Source: Eledone cirrhosa
Taxonomy: Eukaryota
Direction of reading: 5' to 3'
DNA length: 64,000 bases
Assembly (NCBI GenBank): GCA_964016885.1
Contig: OZ024746.1
Span: 31,434,001 to 31,498,000, forward strand
Below the pieces are notes generated by a model that was not told where the DNA came from, searched no databases, and saw nothing but the letters and a program-made list of their open reading frames with translations. Shown here one piece after another: positions 26,725 through 38,800 of the stretch (its first letter is position 1; every line of letters starts with the position of its first letter). The position numbers and the translations under genes are program-made.

Positions 26725-27290
26725 TCTGTATTTACCCAAGCCAGGGTTCGCTTAATAATTAAGTTTAGCTCGGTATGATGATTGAAACAACCAGCATTCA
26801 GGTGGCAAAGGAAACCATGAAAATCTGTGGAGATGAGGGGCCTACTATAGAGACATTTCAGTCTCCCACAGACATCAGCTCCCACTCTAAGTGCAATGTA
26901 GATGTGGAACTCATCCAGACTGAGAAAGCCACCGATGTTGACCATGGGCAGGACATCAACCCAGTCACCTGAGAATTTTGCAGTCATGAGAAGTAGGTGG
27001 TACCTTAAGAATTGATCAGATTGATTAAAGAGAGAGTTGAAAATGTATTTTGAACATAAATTGTCCCAAACTCTCTGCTTCAGTCTATCCTCCTCTGTAT
27101 CAGGAACTGACAAACCCAGCTCCCTCCACTGAGGTAAAGTTTCACCCACCTTTGTCTTGGAACTAGTCCATGCTGGAACAGAGAGGATGTTACCCACCAG
27201 AGGGGAGTAAGCATGGATAGAGGAAAGAAAAAGAAAAGACAGATGAGTATTTACGCAGACCTAGGGCCCCCAAATTGTTTGGGCAATGCA
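26725..27290 (-). mobile_element. CRE-clade LINE fragment (post-RT zinc-knuckle/RLE N-terminus), different subfamily
   Basis: KQRVWD...SGDWVDVLP...IALRVGADVC...HGFLC...HTELNLIIKRTL. Confidence 0.75.
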
Positions 27291-27369
27291 GACTGGAAAG
27301 AGTCGGACATTCATCAAACATTCAAGTTTACCAAAGATTAGGTCATCTAAATGTTGGAGAGATGTAGGA

Positions 27370-27738
27370 GGGACCACCATCAAATTCCCAGAAGGCTCTG
27401 TAGATATAATCAGCAGTTGCTGTTAGCTGGGTGACCAAATTAGCAGTGGAGGAGGGTGTTCCGAAAGTACAGTAGCCAGAATAAGAACGGGCTGGAGAAA
27501 GTTCAGGAAACTACTACTGTTGCTAGCTACGAAAGGTTTTTCCCTTTTGTCTCAACAAAAAACACCCAGCACACACTGTAAATGAAGTTGGCGTTAGGAA
27601 GGACATCCAGCTGTAGAAACCAGACCAGAAACAGTTCTGTATGAGCAAGACATGGTCACCTGACTCGACCTGCTTCAAATGTGATAACTCGTCTAACCCT
27701 ACATAGAAAACGGACGTAAAACATTGATGATGATGATA
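27370..27738 (+). mobile_element. Decayed, internally deleted RTE fragment
   Basis: LGDQISSGGGCSESTVARIRTGWRKFR segment joined to the family 3' tail. Confidence 0.7.
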
Positions 27739-27786
27739 ATATATATATATGCCAGTGTGGAAAAATGGACGTTAAATGGTGATGAT

Positions 27787-29145
27787 GATCATCATCATCA
27801 TCACCGTTTTACGTCTGTTCTTCCACGCTAGCATGGGTTAGACGGGTTGTCCTGTTGTGGGCAGTGTCTGGTCGGCTGACCTTGTCTTGCTCATACGGGA
27901 ACTGATTCTGGCTTGATTTCTACAGCTGGATGCCCTTCCTAACACCAACCTCATTTACAGTGAGTGCTGGGTGCTTTTTTTCCGTGGCGCCTACACGTCC
28001 ACTTTACAGTGTGGGCTGGGTGCTTTTTTGCCGTGGCACCTCCACGAGCACTTTGCAGTGGGAGAGTGTCTGGGCATATTGTCTATATGCTTCAGCTTCG
28101 GCTTGTACCCGTGGGGGATCGGGTCTTCTGTATTACTGCGTGACGCCAGAGGTCACGGCCGTGTGTCATCGCCTTTGAGAGGTGTAATTGGGTAAGGTCG
28201 GCTTTTATCACCTCATCCCAGGTCTTCTTGGGTCTCCCCACTCCGCGGTTTCCATCGACTTCTAGTGCTCTGCACCTTTTTATGCAGCTGTCATCCTTCA
28301 TATGCATCACATGTCCATACCAACGCAACCGCCTCTCCTGCACACAGCATTTGATTCCTCTTATGCACAGTCTCACTCTTTATGCTTTGCCGTTCGCGTA
28401 TATTACTATTACACATCCATCGGAGCATGCAGTCAGCGCCCAGGTCTCACTACCATGTAACATTGCTGTTCATATACATGCATCATACAGTCTGCCTTTC
28501 ATTTTGAGGGAAAAACCTTTTGCAGCTAGCAGTGGCAGTAGTTCCCTGAACTTCTTCCATCCCGTTCTTACCCTAGTTATTGTACTTTCTGAACATCCAT
28601 CTCCGTTGCTAATTCGGTCACCTAGATAGCAGAAGCTATCTACTGTTTCTACAGAGATTGGTGGTACTTGTTTCCTGTGGCTGTTATAAGCCGATATTCT
28701 TAGTTAAGCTTCCTGAGATCCCGCTACATCTCTTGTGTACCCATTGTTTGCATTTGGGGCAGAGAATGGAGTTCCTACCTACACCTTTCCTACATACTGA
28801 GCAAGGCCATTTCCCTGAGGGGATCTGGGTTCTGTTTTCTCGTCTACTTACAAGGACCTTAGTCTTTGTCAGGTTGACTTTGGGACCCTTTCTTTCTAGT
28901 CCCTGCTTCCAAGTTTGGAATTTCTTCTCTAGTTCTACCATAGATTGATTCAGCTATAAGTGCGAGGTCATCTGCATACAGGAGTTCCCATGGGCATCTG
29001 GTCTTAAACTCCTGTACACTAAATTCCTCGCTATACTCATTGCTAATCCTAACTTTGCTGATTATACATGGCCTGTACAGCTTTCACAAGCCATTCATCT
29101 ACTCCTAGTTTTCTAAGAGCCCACCAGATTATAGCACGGGGAACT
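27787..29145 (-). mobile_element. RTE LINE, 5'-truncated, with YADD and PHD-like finger
   Basis: YADD at ~28967-28978; ORFs 28684-28941 and 28092-28376; (TGA)n tail. Confidence 0.9.
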
Positions 29146-29156
29146 GATGATGATTG

Positions 29157-29212
<56 letters not shown>

Positions 29213-29213
<1 letters not shown>

Positions 29214-29553
29214 GAGGCACATGGCTTAGTGGTTAGAGCATTGGCCTTGCAATCGAAAGGTTCTGAGTTCAATTCTCAGACCGGGTGATGTGTTGTTTCC
29301 TTGAGCAAGACACTTTATTTCACATTGCTCCAGTTTATTCAGCTGTAGAAATGAGATGATAAGGACTGGGGTCCATATCATTCCACTGCAAAGTGGTCGT
29401 GGAGGTGCCACGGCAAAAAAGCACCCAGCACTCACTGTAAATGAGGTTGGTGTTAGGAAGGGCATCCAGCTGTAGAAATCAAGCCAGCATCAGTTCCTGT
29501 CCCACCCTTGCAAGCAGGGAAAAAGCGGACGTAAAATGATGATGATGATGATG
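29213..29553 (+). mobile_element. Full-length tRNA-derived SINE sharing its 3' tail with the RTE LINE
   Basis: A-box-like TGGCTTAGTGG, B-box-like GAGTTCAATTC, central ccttgagcaagacactt motif, RTE-type 3' end (gttaggaagggcatccagctgtagaaa...ggacgtaaaa) and (TGA)n tail. Confidence 0.85.
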
Positions 29554-29597
29554 ATATATACACATATATATATATAAACACATATATATATATATAT

Positions 29598-29770
29598 CAT
29601 GCGCAGTACAGTGAGGTGGCCTTGGCGCATGCGCACTACGGTCCGGCGTCTTTGGCGCATGCGCAGTATCGTCCGGCGGCCTTAGCGCATGCGCACTACG
29701 GTTCGGCGGCTCTGGCGCATGCGCACTACGGTCCGGCGGTCTTGGTGCATGCGCAGTACGGTCTGGCAGG
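29598..29770. repeat. GC-rich 30-bp tandem array containing GCGCATGCGC palindromes (NRF1/Ewg-type site)
   Basis: gcgca recurs at 29601, 29631, 29661, 29691, 29721 and 29751; four units have the full GCGCATGCGCA. Confidence 0.9.
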
Positions 29771-31301
29771 TTTTCTGCGGTTGGATGCCCTTCCTGGCAC
29801 CGGCCGCGTTTGCAGTGTGGGTCTGGGAGGTTTTTGCCGTGTTGCCTGCGCGGCCACATTGCAGCGTGGACTGTGTGTTTTTTTGTCGTGACACCTGCAC
29901 GGTCTCGTTTGTTTCGGCCTGGATGGCGCGGCGCCGGCATAACTTTGCATGGAGCGGGGTGGTGTGGGTGGGGTGGGGGTGGTGGCGGGACGGGGTGTGT
30001 TTTGTTGGAGATGCCTGCTGGCAAGGCGGGTCTTCTCTGTTGCTGAGTGCCGCCGGGGGTCTCGGTCCGGTGGCATTGTCTTGGGGAGGTGTGGGTGTGT
30101 GAGGTCGGAGTTTATCAGCTCATCCCAGGAAAGGCGTAGGTAGAAACTCCATTTTATGTCCTAAATGCAAAGTATGGGTGCATAAAAGATGTAGTGGGAT
30201 CACAGGTAAGCTAACTAAGAACATAGATTTTACATGTGGCCGGTGTTCTGGTGCAATAAGTAGCAGCAAGTGCCCACTAAATACTAGCTCTTTCAATTGC
30301 GCAGAGGGTTCTATAGAAATAGTGGACAGCTTCCGTTACCTGGGCGATAAAATCAGCAGTGCGGGAGGGTGCTCTGAAAGTACTGTAGCTAGAGTCAGAA
30401 CTGGTTGGAAAAAGTTCAGAGAGCTTATACCACTATTAGCTGCTAAAGGGTTCTCCCTAAAAATGAAAGGCAGGTTGTACAATGCCTGCATACGAACAGC
30501 AATGCTGCATGGCAGTGAGACCTGGGCATTGTGTGCAGAGGATATACGCAGACTAGAGAGGAACGAAGCTTGCATGCTCCGCTGGATGTGTAACAGTAAT
30601 ATACGTGAACGGCAAAGCATAAACGAACTAAGGAAAAAATTAGAGATAAGAGGGATCAGATGTTGTTTACTCGAGAGAAGGCTACGTTGGTATGGACACG
30701 TGATGCGCATGAAAGTCGATAGCTGTATAAGAAAGTGCAGGGCAATAAAGATAGACGGTAGTCACGGAATAGGCAGACCTAGAAAAACCTGGGACGAGCT
30801 GATGGGCTCCGACATCACGCGCTTGCGCCTCTCCGGGACGGTGTCGCTGGACCGAGACCTTTGGCGGTGCTCGGTGGCAGAGAAGACCCGCCTTACCTAA
30901 ATATATAGTAAAACCTACTCCAGCCAGTAGGCATCTCTAACAAAATACACCCCGTCCCACCACCACCACCCCCACCCCATCCACACCACCCCGTTCTATG
31001 TAAGGTTATGTTGGTGCCGCGCCATCCAGGCCGAAACAAATGAGATCGTGTAGGTGTCACGACAAAAAAACACACAGTCCACGCTGTAATGTGGCCGTGT
31101 AGGCAACACGGTAAAAACCTCCCAGCCCCACACTGTAAATGTGGTTGGTGTTAGGAAGGGCATCCAACTGTAGAAAATCTGCCAGACAGTCCTATGCGAG
31201 CAAGACAATCACTCTTGCCTCAAGTGGGACTACCCCCGTCCAAACCCATGCAAGCGTGGAACACGGACGTTAAACGTTGATGATGATGATGATGATGATG
31301 A
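29761..31301 (+). mobile_element. Fold-back RTE LINE copy (antisense 3' arm + sense 3' part) with clustered A>G hypermutation
   Basis: 29761-30129 is the inverted complement of ~30788-31188. Sense ORF 30178-30900; (TGA)n tail 31278-31301; A>G clusters on both arms. Confidence 0.92.
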
Positions 31302-31639
31302 TATATATATATAAATAGAGAGAGAGAGTGAGGATGTCATCATAACTTTAAAATTTATTCGTTTCAGTAATTCAGAAGAGTCAAGTTATTTCTCTTTACA
31401 TTCTCTATTACTCTTAGATACATTTTAAACCTTGCATCCTATTAAAGAGGCTCATTGAAACACATGTAACATTTCTAGAAGTGTGTGTGTGTATAATATA
31501 TGAAGACTAGTTCTTTTTGTCTAACCGCTAAGTTACAGGGTATAAACAGACACGAGTGGACACATATACATATACACACATGTGCACCAGCATCAGCACT
31601 TGGGCATCAGATGATAGGGGGTATTTACTACCCTAGGCT

Positions 31640-31820
31640 AGCAATACAGTGTGTACTTTGGTATTTAACAAAATTCTACAATGTGTACCTTGGTATTTAG
31701 CACCCTTCTAGCTCTACAATGTGTACCTGAGTATTTAACACCCTAAGCTAGATGTACAATGTGTACCTGGGTATTTAGCACCCTAGGCTGAATGTACAAT
31801 ATATACCTGGGTATTTGGCA
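31640..31820. repeat. ~40-bp minisatellite (tacaatgtgtacctgggtatttagcaccctaggctagatg)
   Basis: 4-5 tandem units. Confidence 0.75.
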
Positions 31821-32813
31821 TGGTTTTTACATCTGGATGCCCTTCCTAATGCCAATCATTTACCCTAAATCTGCAAATAGAGGCTGTGTTCTAGTATAAA
31901 TATTTATTATAACACTAAACCTTCAGATACATGCTGTCTTTTAGTATAACTTTAGTGGGGTGTAAATATAAATTGGTTTGGTACTGATGTGGTTGCCAGA
32001 TGGATTTGTTCATATGTGGTAGTAATGAAGTGTGAAGATGATGAGTGAGTAGCTTATTGGTCGAGTAGTGGCAAGTGAGTAAGTGAGGTATGTCTCAGTG
32101 AGTCGAGAGAAGTTTTACCATGTTTGAGGAAACAAGTACTTGTACTTGCTTGTTGTAGTGTGATGTGATATTACCGTTGGGAAGATGATTCTCCCAAATC
32201 ACATGGATAAGGATTAACAAATGAATAAAACATTGCTAATTTTAATGTTTTTATTTGTAACATGATTTACTTCAAAATCATGTGCAGCAATGAACAACAG
32301 AAAAAGAAGCAGTATGTTATGTGTGCAAATATAGAATATCATAGTAGTGATATTTACTAACTTGTGTTGGTAGCAATCTCAGCTACTGCCAATCCTAACA
32401 AGGCTGGCTAGCAAGTGTGTGGTTACATTGCATGGCTGACCAAAGTTTTTGTTTGTTGCAGTGTTGAAAGCAGACTGTATTTTGTGAAGTTGAAAAACTG
32501 ACTGTTCTTGGGGGTCGAAATCTCTTGTATAAGATTTAAGTTGTCCAGAAACATTAAACAGATGGCCTTTTCGACTGTCCTCTTTTTGGACACACTGGTG
32601 TCATGAGCCCCCTACAAGATAATATTATCTAGCTTTTCGGCTCTGAGGTCACAGGTCAGTCATTTTGTGGTTGTGTGTGGTAGGCTAAGAAAATCAACGT
32701 GGAAAAAATATGTTGAGGTTTTGCTACATAACTATTTATTATAACCATAAGTCTTCAAATACATGTGTTCTAGTATAAATATTTTTATTATGAAATTGTT
32801 TGTTTATTTCCAG

Positions 32814-32891
32814 AACACAAGATTGTTTTAATCTTACTTAATCAACCAATAACTCCAATGTTGAAAATATTCAAACATTTGTGGCAAAAAG
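32814..32891 (+). CDS. TPK1: TPK1 exon (HKIVLILLNQPITPMLKIFKHLWQK)
   Basis: ttccag acceptor, gtaaaa donor, phase 1-1. Confidence 0.9.
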
Positions 32892-35800
32892 GTAAAATAT
32901 CTTCTATTTAACATCTATTTAACCCTTTTGTTACCACATTTCTAATGCATGGTTTTCAAATAATTTTGAAAATAATTCAGCATTTGAATGGATTTAATAA
33001 AAAAAATGTTCCCATTATTAAGCTGGTGTTTGGAAAATAACTTAACAAATGTTCTTATATAACAATTTAAAACAAATGGTTTGGTTTGATAGAACTAGGT
33101 TCAGTTTCAGGTGGTTTGGTTTCCTAGAACTAGGAGTGGTTTCAGATGGTTTAGTATCATAGAACCAGGGATGTGTAGGTGTCACGACAAAAAGCACCCA
33201 GCACACACTGTAAATGTGGTTGGCATTAGGAAGGGCATCCAGCCATAGAAACCAAGCCAGAAACAGTTTTGTATGAGAAAGACTTGTCTCAAACGGGACA
33301 ACCCATCTAACCCATGCTAGCACGGAAAATAGACATTAAATGATGATATATATATATATCATCATCATCATCAACGTTTAACGTCTATCTTCCACGCTAG
33401 CATGGGTTTAGACGGGAATTGTCCCACTTGAGGCAAGATTAGTCATCTCGCTCATATAGGACTGTCTGGCAGGTTTTCTACGGCTGGATGCCCTTCCTAA
33501 CACCAACCACGTTTACAGTGTGGACTGGGAGGTTTTTACCGTGTTACCTACATGGCCACGTTACAGCGGGGACTGTTTTTTTTGTCGTGACACCTACACA
33601 ACCTCATTTATTTAGGACTGGATGTTGTGGTACCAACATAACATTACAGAGAAAAAGGTGGTGGGGATGGGGGAGTTGGGGTAGTGGGATGGGGTGTATA
33701 TTTGATTAAGAGGTGCCTACTGACTGTAGGTTTCGCTTTGTACTTAGGCAAGGCGGGTCTTCTGTATTACTGCATGGTGCCAAAGATCTTGATCCAGTGA
33801 CATTGTCTTAGAGAGGTGTAAGTGTGTAAGGTCGGAATTTATCAAATCGTCCCAGGTTTTTCTGGGTCTGCCTACTCCGTAACTTCCATCAATTTTGATC
33901 GCCCTGCACTTTTTTATACAGCTGTCGTCTTTCATGCGCATCACATGACCATACCAACGTAGTCTTCTCTCAAGTAACAGCATCTGATCCCTCTTATTCC
34001 TAATTTCTCACTTAGTTCATTTATGCTTTGCTGTTCACATATATTACTATTACACATCCAACTGAGCATGCAAACATCGTTCCTTTCCAGTCTGCGCAGA
34101 CCCTCTGCACACAATGCCCATGTCTCACTGCCATGTAACATTGCTGTTCGTATGGAGGCATCATACAGTCTGCCTTTCATTTTTAGAGAGACACCTTTAG
34201 TGGCCAATAGTGGTATAAGCTCTCTGAACTTTTTCCATCCCGTTCTGACTCTGGCTACTGTACTTTCAGAGCACCCTCCGCCACTGCTGATTTTGTCACC
34301 CAGGTCCACTATTTCTATAGAACCATCTGGGCAATGGAAGAAGCTAGTATCCTGTGGACACTTGCTACTTATTGCACCTGAGCACTGGCCTCATATAAAA
34401 TCTACGTTCTTAGATAGCTTACCTGTGATCCCACTACATCTTTTATGCACCCATACTTTGCACTTGGGACATAAAATGGAATTTTTGCCTACTCCTTTTC
34501 CACACACTGTGCATGGCCATTTCCCAGAGGGGACCTGTCCCTATTTTCCTTCCTTCATACTAGAACTTTAGTCTTAGACAAGTTAACTTTAAGGCCTTTT
34601 GATTCTAGGTCATGCTTCCATGTTTGGAATTTCTTCTCTAGTTCAGCCATCGATTCAGCTATGAGCGTTAGATCATCCGCATATAGAAGTTCCTATGGGC
34701 AGCCGGTCTTGAACTCCTCTGTTATGGCCTGAAGGGCAATAATAAATAGGAGGGGGCTAGGGACAGAGCCCTGATGAACACCAACTTTTACACTAAATTC
34801 TTCACTATATTCGTTGTTAATTCTAACATTGCTGACTGTTTCTTTATACATAGCTTGTATAGCTCTCACAAGCCATTCATCAACCCCTAGCTTTCTAAGG
34901 GTCCACCAGATAATTGAGTGGGGGACTCTGTCAAAAGCTTTCTCCAGGTCTACAAAAGCTAAGTAGAGGGGTTTACTTTTAGCTAGGTACTTCTCCTGTA
35001 GTTGTCGTACAAGGAAAAGGGCGTCTGTGGTACTTTTACCTGACACAAACCCAAACTACATTGCATCTAGATCAATTCGCTCTCTGATTAGTTGTGCTAT
35101 AACTTTTTCTGTGACCTTCATGACCTGGTCAATTAATTTAATGCCTCTATAGTTTCCCCTATCTAGGGCATATCCTTTACCCTTGTAGCAGTTAATGATG
35201 ATGCTGCTACGACAGTCATTTGGTATGACCCCCGTTCTGTATGACTTGGTTTACTATCCGGGTGACCATAGTGTGTCCCACGGTTGCAGATGCCTTCAAC
35301 ACCTCAGCAACTATCTCCGAAGGCCCAGCTGCCTTGCCTGTCTTCATATCTTTGATTGCCTTACTTATTGTACTACCTTCAACTTGCACTGCTGGTCCCT
35401 CTATTGGATCGATGTGGGGCAGACTATCTTTTTCCCATTTATTCTCCTCATTTAGTAGCCTCTCGTAGTGACACTTCCAAGCTATCTTCTTATCAGTATC
35501 AGTGATGGCAAGTACACTGTTATCATTACGGACACACTTCTCCCCGACAATATCACGGCTTTCCTTGACACATTGCCTAGCAATCCTGAACACCTCACAT
35601 TTTTGGTCCTCGCGTTGTAGAACATGCTTGAACTTTCTTTCCTCTGCTTCCCTTCATGCAAAGTACATTTGTCTCCTAGCTTCCCTCCTGGCTACTTGGT
35701 AGTGTTCTCTACTTCCCCCATGCCGCCATACTTTCCATGCCTGCTTTTTGGCTTTGATTGACTCCTCCACCTTACTGTTCCACCACCAATTTACTCTCCT

Positions 35801-38800
35801 CCTGCCTATAGGTCTGCTCCAGCCACAGGTTAACTCTCGGGAATTCCCACTGTTCCTCTATATTGTATGTCTCTAATTGCTCTTCCTTACTGTCAAAAGC
35901 ATCAAGTAATATGCTTTTAAATTTGTTACTGGCTGTGGGGTCCTTTAACTTCCATATTCTTTTCCTTAGGGTAGTCCTCCTCTGTTGTCGAGTACGTCTT
36001 GTCCTGACTATGAGGTCGTTAACTATGAGGCTATGTTGGGAGATGCATTCTTCACAGGGGAGGGATTTAGTGTTTACAACTGACACTCTGTCACGTCTTC
36101 TGGTAAGGATATAATCTATCTGACTGGCGTGTTCCCCTGATCTATAGGTGATCAAGTGATTGTCTCGTTTTTTTGAAGTTTGTGTTACAGATAGTTAGGT
36201 TATTAGCATCACAGAATTCCAGGATTCTGAAGCCTTCCTCATTTCTAGTACCAGACCTGTAGCCTCCATGGATTCCATCATAGCCGTCACAATGTTGTCC
36301 AACGTGACCATTTCGGTCGCCAGCAATAATTATGTAGTCAATGTCGGTTATTTGGGAGGTAGTCAGCATTAGCGACTCATAGAGTCTGTCTTTTATAACG
36401 CCAAGCAGTCCAGATTGGGGTGCATACGCGGATATTATTGTCACAGTAGTTCTATTTAGGACAAGTCTTATTTTAATAATTCTGTCGTTCACTCTATGTC
36501 TATTACCTTATCTACCCATTTTTCTGCTAATATAATTCCTATTTCACCCAGCCCATTGTCATTTCCCACCCAGAAAAGTTTATAGCATCGTTTTTTACTC
36601 ACAATGAATCTAGCAGACCCACCCATCCACCTGGTATCTTGAACACAGCAAACATCAACTTCCTTACATTCAAGCACCTCTACAACCTCGTTAGAGCGAC
36701 CTTTTAAAGTGCCTACATTCATGGTACCAACTCTGAAGTTTTGGATTGCGTTTGGTGGGTGGGAAGGATGGGTTGGAGGTGCAGGGAAGGATGAGGGAGA
36801 TGGGGTTATGTTAGCCATCCACGGCCGAAATAAAGAGGAGCCCTTGCATTCTCGTCCGACAACATGAGGTGAATTTATCTTTATCTTTGGCATTGTCATT
36901 GAGTGTCCAGATTCTTCAGACTCTCCAGAACTCTATAGTCCATCTAGCATATTGAAAAGCAACCAGGTCTAAACTTAAGGAGTGATAGCCGAGGCGGTGG
37001 TTTTGTGAAAGAGATTGGTAAGAGAAACATAATTATAAGCCGCTGAATTATGATTGGACCAAATAATAATGGGGGCGCGAGGGTGGGGGGGAGGATATGG
37101 GGGAGTTAACTAGAAAGTTATTTTACAATATAATCCTAGAAATTCGGCCATAATTAAACGAACATATAAATATATATATATATCATCATCATCATCATCA
37201 TCAAGGTTTAGCGTCCGTGTTCCACGCTTGCATGGGTTTGGACGGGGGTTTTCCCACTTGAGGCAAGAGTGGTTGTTTTGCTCGCATAGGACTGTCTGGC
37301 GGGTTTTCTACAGCTGGATGCCCTTCCTAACACCAACCACATTTACAGTGTGGGGCTGGGAGGTTTTTACCGTGTTGCCTACACGGCCACATTACAGCGT
37401 GGACTGTCTGGCGGGTTTTCTACAGCTGGATGCCCTTCCTAACACCAACCACATTTACAGTGTGGGGCTGGGAGGTTTTTACCGTGTTGCCTACACGGCC
37501 ACATTTACAGCGTGGACTGTGTGTTTTTTTGTCGTGACACCTACACAATCTCATTTGTTTCGGCCTGGATGTTGTGGCACCAACATAACTTTACATTGAA
37601 AGGGGTGTTGTGGATGGGGTGGGGGTGGTGGGACGGGGGTGTGTTTTGATAGAGATGCCTACTGACTGTAGTAGGTTTTACTTTGTGTTTAGGTAAGGCG
37701 GGTCTTCTCTATTACTGAGTACCGCCAAAGGTCTCGGTCCAGTGACATTGTCTTGGAGAGGTGTAAGTGTGTGAGGTCGGAATTTATCATGTCGTCCCAG
37801 GTTTTTCTGGGTCTGCCTACTCCGTGGCTACCGTCTATCTTTATTGCCCTGCACTTTGTTATACAGCTGTCGTCTTTCATGCGCATCACGTGACCATACC
37901 AACGTAGCCTTCTCTCGAGTAAACAACATCTGATCCCTCTTATTTCTAATTTTTTCCTTAGTTCGTTTATGGTTAGCCGTTCACGTATATTACTATTGCA
38001 CATCCAGCGGAGCATGCAAGCTTCGTTCCTCTCTAGTCTGCGTATATCCTCTGCACACAATGCCCAGGTCTCACTGCCATGCAGCATTGCTGTTCGTATG
38101 CAGGCATCGTATAACCTGCCTTTCATTTTTAGGGAGAACCCTTTAGCGGCTAATAGTGGTATAAGCTCTCTGAACTTTTTCCATCCAGTTCTGACTCTAG
38201 CTACTGTACTTTCAGAGCACCCTCCCCCACTGCTGATTTTGTCACCCAGGTAACGGAAGCTGTCCACTATTTCTATAGAACCCTCTGCGCAATTGAAAGA
38301 GCTAGTATTTTGTGGGCACTTGCTGCTACTTATTGCACCAGAGCACCGGCCACATGTAAAATCTATGTTCTTAGTTAGCTTACCTGTGATCCCACTACAT
38401 CTTTTATGCACCCATACTTTGCATTTGGGACATAAAATGGAGTTTCTACCTACGCCTTTCCTACACACTGAGCATGGCCATTTCCCGGAAGGGACCGCCG
38501 CCTTATTTTCTTTCCTACAAACTAGAACTTTAGTATTAGCCAGGTTAATTTTAAGGCCTTTTGATTCTAGGCCGTGCTTCCATGTTTGGAATTTCTTCTC
38601 TAGCTCGGTCATTGATTCAGCTATGAGCGTTAGATAGTCTGCGTATAGGAGTTCCCATGGGCAGCCGGTCTTGAACTCCTCTGTTATAGCCTAAAGGGCA
38701 ATAATAAATAGTAGGGGGCTAAGAACAGAGCCCTGATGGACACCAACTTTTACGCTAAACTCTTCACTATATTCGTTGTTAATTCTAACCTTGCTGACTG

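Noticed and set aside
29213-29285. tRNA-like sequence with A and B boxes
   Set aside because: It is a SINE head continuous with the SINE body and LINE tail; there is no proper acceptor stem.
29479-30143. Several overlapping GC-rich ORFs (e.g. 181 aa with AHAPRPPDRS repeats)
   Set aside because: They arise from the 30-bp array and from A>G loss of stop codons in a LINE 3'UTR; no protein family is recognisable.
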